A stretch of 55,909 bases of DNA from the IMG/VR virus record IMGVR_UViG_3300030106_007522, positions 1-55,909 of that record, one strand, 5' to 3'. Both the position numbers and the translations under genes were made by a program. Of this stretch, positions 10,030 through 20,664 are shown in pieces. Under the pieces are notes generated by a model. That model searched no databases. It had not been told where the DNA came from and saw only the letters and a program-made list of their open reading frames with translations. The DNA is from a virus. Its lineage: Duplodnaviria > Caudoviricetes. How positions within the stretch are numbered: the stretch's first letter is position 1; each line of letters begins with the position of its first letter.

Positions 10030-11765
10030 TATTCCACCCTAAACTTAAACAATTCTGGTTGTTCTTCGAGTCTTCCCGAATTCTTGTATGCCACCTTGAT
10101 GCCATAAGAATAGTCTTTCTCAAACAGGGACATGTCCAAGTCAAAGTAGTTTCCGTCCTTGTCGTAGGACATCTTGGTAAATTCGACACTGCCTGTGCCG
10201 TAAGGAATCACATCAAAGCCGTCTGCAATTCTGTGAACCTTGTAATATGCTTCGTTAATGATCTTCGTTTCAATGTTTGTGGTTGCAACCGTGTAGATGG
10301 TTGGGTTCCAATCTTTGTCGCGAATGAACATGCGCATGCGAGCAGATTCGCTCTGAGAATACTTTTCTTTCAAGTTCACAATGTTTGAAACATGCTCGCC
10401 TGTGTTTGCAGAGGATTCTGCTGCAAAGGTACGAACAGAGACACGAGAACCTGTAACATACTGTGTCGAGTCGCTGTGCCATACATCATAAAGATATGAC
10501 GAGGTTGTGTTGATAGCAACCGTAGATGAATAAATACCTGTCGCAACCTTGGAGACTGTTGCAGTCTCAAGAACGGTTCCAACTGGACCTGAAGACTCTC
10601 CGTAATACAAACTCATTGTTAGGTTGGTCGCATCTGTTGGAATGTCTTTTAATTCTCCGCGAACTCTGTTGTAGATATACAAAGTGTTCAAGTTGTCTGC
10701 TGCGGGGACAAGAGAAGAAGAAGCATAAAAGTTGCCTCTATCGTCTTGGATGCCCGTTTCCCAACGTGCTTCAATCTTTGGCTTCAAGTAATGAAACTCA
10801 GAACCACGAGCAAAGAACTTCTTCGTGTAAAAAGATCTTGCATCTGATTCGTGAGATGCCGATAGCTTTATCCCAACACCGTAGTTTTCCTTGGTGTCGT
10901 CGAGCCACTCTTCTACGAGAGTTGTGATATCAATCTCGATATCTTCTGTGCCGTCGGAGATTGCTTGTGTATATTCAGGAGCACTGTGAAAATCACCTCC
11001 CTCTGCGCTCCAGGTTACATTTGTTGTTGCATTGACCCAGTTAGAGGCATCTGCATCTCTGTAACCTTCCATGTCAAGTCCGTAACCCTCTTCCCAAGAA
11101 CGGGAAACGGCAAGGACAGACAAGTTATAATCTTTTGGCAGTGTCTGACCGTGTGGTGCATTGTGCACACGGAGATAGAAGCTTACACTTCCGGCTGCTG
11201 GAATTTCGTCTGCATCACGATCTGCTTGGATTGCATCGGTGTCGAACTGCAACAAAGCTCTTGCTGCCTCAGAAGCATCAGTGCCACCAGCAAGAGTTGT
11301 CTCTGTGTTCGGAACAACACTGTCCAGGGAAGAACTAACAGTAAAACTGTTTCCTTCTGTTCCGGCATTTGCCGCCTTTATCTTGAGGTTGCCGCCGTCG
11401 ATGTTGGCAGAGAAATCAGCAGAAGCACTTGTGTTGATAATATCCGCAAGAGCTCCTAAAACACCGGCAGAAGCGAGCCCAGTCACATTGAATTTATTGG
11501 GAGCGTCTGCACTAGATGCGACAAATGTATAGGTCGTGTCCCCCGTAAGGACGATTTGCTGAGACTCGTCATCGGGAATCGAGTGAGACGAAGAAATATA
11601 CAAAGTGGTAGATGCTTTTTGTGACAGAACTTGTCCGTAAATGCTGAATACTTCCAGAATATCGGAAGCACCCATGTTTGCATCAGTGCCTCTTGTTGTC
11701 AAGTTATCCTTGAAGGCATTTGTGATGGTGTTGTCTAGAGTTGCAGTGTATCTTTTAATAGCCAT
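10029..11765 (-). CDS. Virion structural protein, DNRLRE-like beta-sandwich domain
   Basis: 578 aa. ARALLQFD, VSRSWEEG, WSAEGGDF, DITTLVEEW..NYG and PKIEARW resemble DNRLRE-domain proteins. Coupled to the baseplate wedge gene. Confidence 0.6.
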   Translation of the reverse strand: MAIKRYTATLDNTITNAFKDNLTTRGTDANMGASDILEVFSIYGQVLSQKASTTLYISSSHSIPDDESQQIVLTGDTTYTFVASSADAPNKFNVTGLASAGVLGALADIINTSASADFSANIDGGNLKIKAANAGTEGNSFTVSSSLDSVVPNTETTLAGGTDASEAARALLQFDTDAIQADRDADEIPAAGSVSFYLRVHNAPHGQTLPKDYNLSVLAVSRSWEEGYGLDMEGYRDADASNWVNATTNVTWSAEGGDFHSAPEYTQAISDGTEDIEIDITTLVEEWLDDTKENYGVGIKLSASHESDARSFYTKKFFARGSEFHYLKPKIEARWETGIQDDRGNFYASSSLVPAADNLNTLYIYNRVRGELKDIPTDATNLTMSLYYGESSGPVGTVLETATVSKVATGIYSSTVAINTTSSYLYDVWHSDSTQYVTGSRVSVRTFAAESSANTGEHVSNIVNLKEKYSQSESARMRMFIRDKDWNPTIYTVATTNIETKIINEAYYKVHRIADGFDVIPYGTGSVEFTKMSYDKDGNYFDLDMSLFEKDYSYGIKVAYKNSGRLEEQPELFKFRVE

Positions 11766-13555
11766 TATCTAACTGCTCCTTTAATGTCGATGCTTGGAAA
11801 TTTAATTTCGTAAATAGCATTGCGAGGAATGATGATTGATCTTCCGTCGTCGGACAAGTTGTCTTCGACTTGGAATGCGATGTTTGCATAATCTGCACCG
11901 CGTTTTGTTTGCACGGATACATCAACAACATCAACTACACCTGCAACATCTTTAAGTTCCTTGTAGACATCTGTAATATAGAAGTGTTCACCAATTGCTG
12001 GTGCTGTGGAGAATTTGTTTACCAAAGCCTGGATGCAGTCTTGAAGAACGATGCTGCTGTCTTTTTCTACATCCCCGACAACTGAGAAGTTGATTTGCAA
12101 GTTGATGATCTTTGCATCGACGATATCGACAGCATCTGTCATCATTCTGCTCTTATCAAGCCATGTTGCGAGGTTATCCTTGAGGACTGCATTGGAAGCA
12201 ACGAGTGCTCCATCTGAATCTTCTGAGATTGTTGCAACACTTACATTGCCTCTTCTTGGGTTTGGATTCTTAATTGCTCGAACTCTTTTGAGTTTGCCGA
12301 ACTTTGGTGGCATTGCATATGCCATTGCTTCGTAATCTTTCAAAGTCACTGCCCGACGTTGGGAAGAGAAAGTGTTCATGACACGAAGGCGAAGTTCTTC
12401 GACATCATCTGATTCGGAAAAACCAGTGATTGAATCTTCGTTGATGCACTCAAAGCTATTGCGAACAGTGCGAACCTCTGCTTGAGAGAGGTTGGCAACA
12501 TCAACGAATTCTGCGACAGGAGAAGATACTGTTGTCATTGTGCGAGCAGCAACATTGCTGTCTGCCTTTGTGTTTCTTCTGTAAGTGATTGTTAATGTTG
12601 TGCTTGATGGACCGACACCCATTGTGGTGTTGTCCAGGAATCTTGTTGGGTCGACCGTTGTGTCTGAAATGTATTCTTTTGCATGTAACTGCAAGGCAAC
12701 ATTCGAAGGATCAAGTGCTCGTTGACCTGAATCATCTGTTTCTTTGCCACTGCCGAACTGCAAGACCATACCGTCGGAAACTCGTTCTGCTGTAAATCTT
12801 CTTGGCACAACCAAAGGCTTTAGGATTTCAGCTGCAGTGTCTCTTGTGTCTGGATCTCTATTTGTGGATGAGCGAAGGATTGTGTTCTGTGTTAAATAAT
12901 CAACTTCGAAATACTCGTTGCCACTGTCGTCAACAATTGAGACAATCTCTGTGATATTGCTGTCTGTGATCTTTTCTTTTCTGAATCTCTGGAACTCTCC
13001 GACAGTGATGGTTGCTGTTTCATATTCGCCCGATGACACTGCACCGTAGCTCTTAACTGCATAATAAAGTGGTTGCCCTGTGGCAGTGTCTGCTGTTGCA
13101 ACGACGGTATCACCGTTTACAAAGTTCACATCTTCCTCAAGAAGAAATGCTGCGCCGGATGCGGATGTTAAGCCACTTCCTTTCTTTAAGATTGGAATGT
13201 AGCGAGCATCAGGTGCTGTGCCTGCAGAGTTTGCGGGAACAATAACAAAAAAGGTAACAATACCTCTTGAGGATGGGTTTTTCTGTACTTTATATCCAAC
13301 CTGCTTGCCAAGACTTAGAATGTTATCATATTCAGTTGCAGTGTCGATAAACGATTCGTTGACCTGGTAATCGAGGTAAAACGAAAGGATGTCACCAACA
13401 TAAGCAACAGTGTCGAGCATCAGTGCTCCGAAACCTGCTTCGTTGAAATCTTTGAAGGTTTCAGGGTAATATCTCTTTGCAAATTCAACAAGGTCTTCCT
13501 TAATTGTTGCAAAGTCTCTACTTGTGTAGTCGATTGGAACATTCTTTTTTGGCAT
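11765..13555 (-). CDS. Baseplate wedge subunit (T4 gp6-like)
   Basis: 596 aa. N-terminal YTSRDFATIKEDL...DFNEAGFGALMLDTVAYVGDILSFYLD...NESFIDTA and SQRRAVTLKDYE are hallmark gp6/Baseplate-J motifs. Adjacent to the gp25-like gene. Confidence 0.88.
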   Translation of the reverse strand: MPKKNVPIDYTSRDFATIKEDLVEFAKRYYPETFKDFNEAGFGALMLDTVAYVGDILSFYLDYQVNESFIDTATEYDNILSLGKQVGYKVQKNPSSRGIVTFFVIVPANSAGTAPDARYIPILKKGSGLTSASGAAFLLEEDVNFVNGDTVVATADTATGQPLYYAVKSYGAVSSGEYETATITVGEFQRFRKEKITDSNITEIVSIVDDSGNEYFEVDYLTQNTILRSSTNRDPDTRDTAAEILKPLVVPRRFTAERVSDGMVLQFGSGKETDDSGQRALDPSNVALQLHAKEYISDTTVDPTRFLDNTTMGVGPSSTTLTITYRRNTKADSNVAARTMTTVSSPVAEFVDVANLSQAEVRTVRNSFECINEDSITGFSESDDVEELRLRVMNTFSSQRRAVTLKDYEAMAYAMPPKFGKLKRVRAIKNPNPRRGNVSVATISEDSDGALVASNAVLKDNLATWLDKSRMMTDAVDIVDAKIINLQINFSVVGDVEKDSSIVLQDCIQALVNKFSTAPAIGEHFYITDVYKELKDVAGVVDVVDVSVQTKRGADYANIAFQVEDNLSDDGRSIIIPRNAIYEIKFPSIDIKGAVR

Positions 13556-13594
13556 ACGGGAGTTCTCCTAGTATTAGTTAAGTAGTTTATTCTC

Positions 13595-13996
13595 TTAACT
13601 TTTCAAAGTTCCATCTTCGTTAAAGAGAAAACTTATACTCTCATCGACATTTAGGCTGGGAACTGTGTAATCTACACGGAATGTCATGAGGTTGTTATCG
13701 TCGTCTGAATTTGCATCAACTCTTAGGATATTGATGAAGGGCATATACCTAGAAGCTTGTTCTCTTACTTCTACTTCTATGTTCCCCGCCAAGAATGGGG
13801 TGCTTTGCTCGAACAAGAACCTTTGCACACCGACACCAAAATCGGCATTCATGACACGTTCTCCAGGGATCGTCAAGAGAAGGTTTTTAAAGTTTTGCTT
13901 AACGACTTCTCTTAGATCGTCGTGGTGGTCGTAATCCAGCTCACCTGATTCGACAAGCGGAAGGATGGGTGTTAAAAAATCTGATACTTTGGTCAT
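13595..13996 (-). CDS. Baseplate wedge / sheath initiator, GPW/gp25 family
   Basis: 133 aa. Signature QNFKNLLLTIPGERVMNADFGVGVQRFLFE; RBS AGGAG. Confidence 0.9.
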   Translation of the reverse strand: MTKVSDFLTPILPLVESGELDYDHHDDLREVVKQNFKNLLLTIPGERVMNADFGVGVQRFLFEQSTPFLAGNIEVEVREQASRYMPFINILRVDANSDDDNNLMTFRVDYTVPSLNVDESISFLFNEDGTLKS

Positions 13997-14010
13997 TTAT
14001 AAATCTCCTA

Positions 14011-17000
14011 TTAACAGTCCTGATCTCCGCGAGATTCGATAGTGGTCTGTTGAAAGTCTGGTACTGGTGGGCAATCCTCTTCCTCTTCTGCATCATCGCC
14101 CGCTTGTGATTCGGAATCTACATCGATAACTTTGCAGTCTGCACCGATATTAGGTGAAACATTCATACCAATGGATGCAAGCAATTGCTGTGAATCTGAA
14201 TCTTCGCCCATCAATTTCATAAGGCGAGGCAAGTCTTTCAGAATAAAGATAAGTGGACCTACACCAAAATAGTAGATGTAGCCAAACGGAAGCGGTGAAA
14301 GTGGTGGCAAGCCGAACAAGGTCGGTGCCCATGTCGTCACTGTGGCAATGCCACCTTCGACGAGTGGTTGACTAAGCACACCATAGGTTGCCAAGAACAT
14401 CTCGTCCATTGGACGCTTGCCAGGAAAGGTTGGAACCTCAACGCACTTAATTTTAAAATCATCGAATGGATCTGGAATATTCTTCTTCTTCATGATTGGG
14501 ATGATCGGTAAGTTAAGGATGTCTGAAATCGTAGTTGTGATAAACACATTTGGATCTGTTGTCTTTGTCCAGCCGCGATATGTCTGCAGCGGTGCAAGAA
14601 CCATCGCAAGCAAGATTGCAGGATCAAGGATTGCATCACCGAAATCAGGGAACATCTGATTTAAATCTAAGCCGATGTTTTGTGGGGCGGTGTTACAAGG
14701 ATCTGCAGAAGTGTCTGCACCCGTTCTCCAGATGATGTCAAACATTTTGAAGATTGCTCTCTTTGTTGAGCGGAAAGCAGAATTAATGATCTGGTTCTCG
14801 TTCGACATCAAAGAATAAATCAATGCAAGATTGGAGATGTCGGGCACACTAAAACAAAATTCAAAAAGAATTCTTGTGTCATCCGACTCAACAAGTTTCT
14901 GGTCCATGAATGTCGTTAGCTTCTCCAGCACTGCACGATTCGTTGTTACAGATGTGTCGAGCTGCGGAAGAGCATGGGAGTGTTGCCTGTTGCCGTCGAA
15001 GTCGAACAGCGGGATAACTGCATACTCATTAATTGCATGTGTGTGAAAAGGAACATCGTCTCCAACAATTTCTGTTGTTCTGCCTCGACCTTCTGCATCG
15101 ATTTCATATTTGTGAGAATGACCCTCAGTTTCGGTTGTTGTACCAGAGTCTGGATACAGATGTCCGGTTTCACATTCAATCTCCCCAATACGAGATGGGT
15201 CAATACCAAGAGTCTCGAATGCCTCTTCAGCTGAGATTTGGAACTTTGCCAGAGATATGCGACTCTTTTCTTCGAAAACAATCTCGTAAACAAACTTGTC
15301 GAGATTTTCTGCCTGTTCTTTAAAATCCACTTCGTTGAGTGGGATTGTGTCGCCGTCGGTCAAGATGGCTGATGATTCTATTTGTAGCTTGCCCTCGGCT
15401 TTCTTGATGTAGTCGATGATGATCATTGTCATTGCATTGCGCAGGGCTGCATCGGATTCGGGCAGACAATCACCAGACACAAGGTGGTGCATCTTGGATG
15501 CGATGAAATTAAATTCATCCTCAAGGAAATATCGCATTGCATCTTTCCAACCAGAATAGAACCAGTCGGTGCCCTCTGTTTCGATTGGGTCACGGTCGAT
15601 AATGCCAGAGTTTGCAAGAACATTATATTGTTCAATGATTCTCACCCTAACCTGAGCCGAGTCTGAGGAGAACACCTCCATGTCGTTCTCAAGCTTTGTC
15701 AAGATGAGCTCTTGGACAATCTTGTCGTCCCGCTTAAAGAAGAGTGTTGAAAAAGGAATGATACCCTTCAACATGATGTCCACCAGGCAGGAGCGTGCAA
15801 GGATTCTTGGAGCAGAAGTTTTAAGTGCTGTGATTAGTGGTGGTTCTGTGAGGTTCTGCGGGCATGCAATCAGAGATGTGTAGTCGCCTGCAACCTGCTC
15901 TGTGAACGATGCCATGTCGATAAGGCGAGGATTCTGATTAATGTTTAAAAAGTTCATACCATATAATGTTGGACCATCACCTTCTTCTGTGCCGGGGATC
16001 GGCTTCAAAAGAGGAGAATCAGACAACTTCAAGAATATGGCTCTTAAAACTTCTCTATAAATTTTATCATAAACATCAACCTTTAAATCAGATGGGCTTG
16101 GGAGGTTGCTGTTGTTTTTCTGTGCAATAAATTCAAAAACATTCTCTTGTGGAGTGTAAAGATTTTGCAAGGTGTCGTCGTTTTGTGTGCCGTTGTTTTC
16201 AGATGCAGGATCATCACAGCCGACATCCAAACTCTCAACATATCCTTGCTCGATAATCTTTTGCTGCAGAATGGGGTCCATCGAAAAATCAGACGATGTT
16301 TGAATCTTTGTTCCAGGAGAAAAGCGATCATTTCTCTTGGTTTCAAGTTCCGTGATTAATTTACCGTTGAGAGCACGAGAAAAGGGCAAGAAATGCTTGA
16401 TTGAGGTCAAGAGGTCCCTGTCGGTAACACCAGCGACAATTGGCGAAGAACTTGCTTTAAGTGGCTCTAATAGACCTGTTTTTTCTTTCGATACAATGTT
16501 CTTAATTCCACGACCTGAGTTGACAGACCTTTGCAGGTAATATCCTGGCTTTGAATTGGAATCCAAGTCGTCGGCAGAACCAAAGTTCATAAATTCTAAA
16601 TTGTCCTGGCTGAATGCTCGAACGTTGTTTCCACCTGGATCTGCTTTTGGAATATAGACTGTTGCATAAGGATTGTCATAATCGGTGTAAGGTCCGAGAC
16701 TGTTCACAATGTCCTCTGGTTTTCCTTCTGGATCTTTAACATCGTCACCGTCAACTTTCGGTGCCAAAGAGTATGGACCCTTTTCTTTTCCCCATTCGCC
16801 GGAGAAGAGAGCACCGATGGACCAATCCTTTTTCATGACACCACCAAACTGAGTTCCATCTTCTGAGCCGTCTTTCTTTAAGGGAATGTATCCCTGTTCA
16901 AGCAGACTTTCGAATTCTGGATTGATTTGTGTCTTCTCTACTTTTACTTTCTTGCTTTTCATTTCGCCGTCTTCAAACACTTGTTGTTCAAACTCACTAT

Positions 17001-20000
17001 CCTTGAGCAAGACCTTTTTGACCTTCTTCTTTTCCTGACCGAATGTCAGGGAACCCATCTTGAAGAGGGTGAGGTCATTGTCGTATGCCATAAGGACAGG
17101 TGTATAAACATCGTTGATTGTTCTTCCGAGCGAGTTACGTTCCTGTGCAGAAAGCGGAATACTAAGCTCACAGGTCTTATCCTTGCCTGCATCGTCTATG
17201 CTGTCCTGTGTGTCGCCAAGAAAGTCCTTGATGCCTGCGATGTCGCCAGGGGTCAATGGATCGCCAATACGATCTCTGAAATCTTCTTGTGATTTACAAG
17301 GGTCATCAGTGGTGTCCCAAGACTTGTTCAATTCCTGGGCAAGATAAGAGAGAGTATTAACACCCTCGGAGACACCCATATCTTGACCGAGATTTGAATA
17401 ATACCCAGTAAGCAGTTCGTTTGTGAAGCTATCTGCATAATCTGGATAATTCTGTTGGATGTATGAATCAAGACTGTTGAGGGTCTGTTGGCTCATGTTG
17501 CCGCCGAGGGCTTCAACAAATTCCTCTGTTGACATCTGCTGTGTCGTGTTTCTGAGAACTTCGATTTGCCCGTCGGCAGATACTGCTATATTCGTGTCTG
17601 TACCGAGGAGGCCGCCATCAGGACCCATATTTGCAATTGTCTCAAACAATCCGTCACCTTGTCGCTGTGTCTTGTTGCTTGACACAGAGAGATTCCCTAT
17701 GCCGAGTGTCGCTTCCGAGACACCTTTTCCTGATAGTTTGACTGGTTCTTTAGCAAAGTCCAAAGCAGCCCTTGTGAGTATTGAGAAATCTTGATTCAAG
17801 AATTGCTCTTGTCCTTGTGGGGTCAAAAGACCAATCAAGGGGCTTTCTGCCATCATGTCCTCGAATGGTGTGCCTGAGCCGTTAAATGTTCCCTTTGCGA
17901 TTGCCTTGGCAAGTGGGCGCCAATTCTGACACTGCATTAAGTACTTGTCTGTAATCTGGTGTAGAAACTTTGCCGTTGCCTTGAGAAGATTGGTGACAAC
18001 CGACTTTTGCAATTGCAGCTTAACCTCTAGGTGAGGGTTCTGTGAGAATTTTGGCAGCTTAGGTATTGATCTCTTTTTCAGATTCGTGAGGTCAAAGTTG
18101 GAATCTGAATTTCCAGTTATAAGATCGATGATTGCCTCACACACTCGATTAAGCTGGAGGTTTCTATCCAAAATGTCAATGAACTTGTCTTCGTCTTTTG
18201 CCCTAGCAACACGAGCAACGATGATTTCTATGCTGTCAGAAGGATTCTCTCCATAAGAAGTTAGGTGTTGTTCGTTGCCGAGGTCTTTGATCTGTTTTGA
18301 TGTGTCGCCTACAGAATCACCCATTCTCCACCATGCTTCTGGTTTTGACAGACCCATGTTTTTATAATTCTTGTCGCTTGTTATCTTTCCTAGTTTCTTC
18401 CACTGCTCGTCATCAAACGACTTGTTCCAGATTGCCACCTCGTCAACAGAACCATGAAAGCCCTTCTGAACATTTGAAAGAGAGGTTGTTGCTTTGCCGC
18501 CAACTGTAAAGGATGCAGAGTCCTGCATTCCCAGGGGACCTTTAAAAAAGTTGCCCTTTGCCTTGTCCAGTTCCACACGTTGACCGTTGATGTAAAAATA
18601 TGCAATGCCGGCATCAGCAGTATATGCGAAGCCGATGTGGTTGTATCTACCGTTGAACACATTGAAGTTTCCTGCCAACTTAAGAGGTTCTGTGGTGTAT
18701 TCGATTTCTTCCCCTGTTTCAGAGGTGAAGCGGAATCTCAAATTCTCTGCATCGGTCTTGATTACCGAGAAGGTGTTTTGCAGATCAAGAATATAGCAGG
18801 TCTTTCCCTTGTTGTTTTCGAATTCTTTATTGTCGGTGCTTAGGTGGAAAGACACAGAGATGTCTTCTGATTCTGAATATACTTTTTGCTTTTGAAGCGA
18901 TGCATTGCCAAAAGCTGCTTTGTTGCTGTTGAATTTGGCTGCTTTAAAATTAAACTGAGTCTCGACCAGCTCATCCCATTGGTCGAATGCTGTTTTGAGA
19001 TCTTCAGTGTCGATGACCCTACCAAGGGCAAAGATTTGCTCCAGCATGTCCCTTGTTCGCCACACACCGAGATACTTGATTGCCTCCCTGCAGTTCGCGG
19101 GTAAAAGACAATCCATGATTTTTTGCAACAATGCTGCTGGACATATTTTTAGGAACAAAGGATCAAGATAATGCTTCTTAAATATAGCAACTACTTCTTC
19201 CTGGGTCAGGCTTTCGTCAAACCCCGCTTCGAAAGAAATGATGGAAGCACTGCGAGGTATGCGAATCTTTACTGGTTCGGCTGTGTCTTCTGGCCAGTTG
19301 CTCGGACGCAGATAAGCCAAGGCATCACCAGTGTCTTGAAGCCCCTGGACCATCATCTCGGCAACTTCACTATATTTGAATTTAGTGAGCTCCAAAACCT
19401 CTTCGCCGTCGAGGTCTTTAAGTCCTCCGCCTAAAACATAAACTTCATCTAAGTTCTCTTGTGGAGCCAAAGCAAACACATCATCTTCTTTGATCTCGTA
19501 ATCCACACCAGCAAGATCCGAAAGTGTTTCTTTCGCATCCTCTCTCAAGGATCTGTCAAATTCTTTTGCTGCTGCTTTGACCGCTGATACATTGTCTGAG
19601 ACGATGTTCTTGATCATCTCCATGTTTATTTCTTCTTTTGGTTTTTCTTGTTTTACTACAGTTGCGGGAGGATAATTATTTCCGTTTATAATGTCTATCA
19701 AAACATGGAAGTGAGATGAAAAAGCAACATAATCAACAGCGCGAGGGTCGATGCCCATGCTGGGTACACCACTGTCATAACCGCAGTCTGCAAACTTTTG
19801 TATCCTATCCGAGCCTGATGATATTGCCCTGAGAAGTTTTATGTCCTTTATATATCCGAGGACCTTTGTATTTCTCCATGCCGAGTTCTTTGAAAAGTGC
19901 TTGGCATCTACAGTAAGTGTAGACCTTGTGCCCTTTGGAGAAATCAAAAGACCTTTAAGTGTCTGGACGATATCACCGCCACGAATTATGTCATCGACAA

Positions 20001-20649
20001 ACTCAAGTGTTACGACATACGAATTGCCGATGGCAAGGTCCGATCCGGTTTCTGCTTTGGCACTTTGTATTGCGGTAGACAAGTCACTGTAGGAGTTTCT
20101 CAACATCTCCAAGTGTTCGTCAAAGTCCACGGCATTTAAAATTTTAAATTCTGCATTCTTTTTGTCCGCTTCTAGTCGGTTTTTGTGTAAACTGAAAATG
20201 GCGGCAACATGACCAGGGACCGCCAAATACTCCCTCATCGGTTGAAAGTCTGGATTGAGAATAATCTTTCCATCTTTTTCTTCTTCTGGTGGCAAGTCTA
20301 ACTCTGGAGCATTCATAAGAACAAAATCTTCGTCATCCATCAGATCAGGGTCAAGAGTGACCTCTTCCTCTTCTTCAACTTCTAAAGGTGGAGTTTCATC
20401 TCTTTCGAGAAAGTCGTCGACATACGAGGTGTCATCAAGGGTAGAGTTGATTTTACCCTCTTCAAAATTATTGGTGGCCTGGATTGCGGATTCGGATAGT
20501 AGTTCGTCCCCACCAACACTGTCTGCGAACAACGCAGCTGCCGTTTCCTTGGCAAGACTCTTTGGTGATTTGGATTCTTGGGAATACCTGTTTTGTGGAT
20601 CTTCCGTCTCTTCAGACTCATGTATATCAAATAAATTTCTATCTGCCAT
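14011..20649 (-). CDS. Very large acidic virion protein with a LamG domain and a His-rich (HxH) segment
   Basis: 2212 aa. LamG-like region (YNHIGFAY, YFYING, GSVDEVAIWN, PEAWWRMGD), three HxH motifs near the C-terminus and a hydrophobic C-terminal stretch. Lies between the gp25- and gp5-like genes. Confidence 0.6.
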   Translation of the reverse strand: MADRNLFDIHESEETEDPQNRYSQESKSPKSLAKETAAALFADSVGGDELLSESAIQATNNFEEGKINSTLDDTSYVDDFLERDETPPLEVEEEEEVTLDPDLMDDEDFVLMNAPELDLPPEEEKDGKIILNPDFQPMREYLAVPGHVAAIFSLHKNRLEADKKNAEFKILNAVDFDEHLEMLRNSYSDLSTAIQSAKAETGSDLAIGNSYVVTLEFVDDIIRGGDIVQTLKGLLISPKGTRSTLTVDAKHFSKNSAWRNTKVLGYIKDIKLLRAISSGSDRIQKFADCGYDSGVPSMGIDPRAVDYVAFSSHFHVLIDIINGNNYPPATVVKQEKPKEEINMEMIKNIVSDNVSAVKAAAKEFDRSLREDAKETLSDLAGVDYEIKEDDVFALAPQENLDEVYVLGGGLKDLDGEEVLELTKFKYSEVAEMMVQGLQDTGDALAYLRPSNWPEDTAEPVKIRIPRSASIISFEAGFDESLTQEEVVAIFKKHYLDPLFLKICPAALLQKIMDCLLPANCREAIKYLGVWRTRDMLEQIFALGRVIDTEDLKTAFDQWDELVETQFNFKAAKFNSNKAAFGNASLQKQKVYSESEDISVSFHLSTDNKEFENNKGKTCYILDLQNTFSVIKTDAENLRFRFTSETGEEIEYTTEPLKLAGNFNVFNGRYNHIGFAYTADAGIAYFYINGQRVELDKAKGNFFKGPLGMQDSASFTVGGKATTSLSNVQKGFHGSVDEVAIWNKSFDDEQWKKLGKITSDKNYKNMGLSKPEAWWRMGDSVGDTSKQIKDLGNEQHLTSYGENPSDSIEIIVARVARAKDEDKFIDILDRNLQLNRVCEAIIDLITGNSDSNFDLTNLKKRSIPKLPKFSQNPHLEVKLQLQKSVVTNLLKATAKFLHQITDKYLMQCQNWRPLAKAIAKGTFNGSGTPFEDMMAESPLIGLLTPQGQEQFLNQDFSILTRAALDFAKEPVKLSGKGVSEATLGIGNLSVSSNKTQRQGDGLFETIANMGPDGGLLGTDTNIAVSADGQIEVLRNTTQQMSTEEFVEALGGNMSQQTLNSLDSYIQQNYPDYADSFTNELLTGYYSNLGQDMGVSEGVNTLSYLAQELNKSWDTTDDPCKSQEDFRDRIGDPLTPGDIAGIKDFLGDTQDSIDDAGKDKTCELSIPLSAQERNSLGRTINDVYTPVLMAYDNDLTLFKMGSLTFGQEKKKVKKVLLKDSEFEQQVFEDGEMKSKKVKVEKTQINPEFESLLEQGYIPLKKDGSEDGTQFGGVMKKDWSIGALFSGEWGKEKGPYSLAPKVDGDDVKDPEGKPEDIVNSLGPYTDYDNPYATVYIPKADPGGNNVRAFSQDNLEFMNFGSADDLDSNSKPGYYLQRSVNSGRGIKNIVSKEKTGLLEPLKASSSPIVAGVTDRDLLTSIKHFLPFSRALNGKLITELETKRNDRFSPGTKIQTSSDFSMDPILQQKIIEQGYVESLDVGCDDPASENNGTQNDDTLQNLYTPQENVFEFIAQKNNSNLPSPSDLKVDVYDKIYREVLRAIFLKLSDSPLLKPIPGTEEGDGPTLYGMNFLNINQNPRLIDMASFTEQVAGDYTSLIACPQNLTEPPLITALKTSAPRILARSCLVDIMLKGIIPFSTLFFKRDDKIVQELILTKLENDMEVFSSDSAQVRVRIIEQYNVLANSGIIDRDPIETEGTDWFYSGWKDAMRYFLEDEFNFIASKMHHLVSGDCLPESDAALRNAMTMIIIDYIKKAEGKLQIESSAILTDGDTIPLNEVDFKEQAENLDKFVYEIVFEEKSRISLAKFQISAEEAFETLGIDPSRIGEIECETGHLYPDSGTTTETEGHSHKYEIDAEGRGRTTEIVGDDVPFHTHAINEYAVIPLFDFDGNRQHSHALPQLDTSVTTNRAVLEKLTTFMDQKLVESDDTRILFEFCFSVPDISNLALIYSLMSNENQIINSAFRSTKRAIFKMFDIIWRTGADTSADPCNTAPQNIGLDLNQMFPDFGDAILDPAILLAMVLAPLQTYRGWTKTTDPNVFITTTISDILNLPIIPIMKKKNIPDPFDDFKIKCVEVPTFPGKRPMDEMFLATYGVLSQPLVEGGIATVTTWAPTLFGLPPLSPLPFGYIYYFGVGPLIFILKDLPRLMKLMGEDSDSQQLLASIGMNVSPNIGADCKVIDVDSESQAGDDAEEEEDCPPVPDFQQTTIESRGDQDC

Positions 20650-20664
20650 GCTAGTAATTACCCT

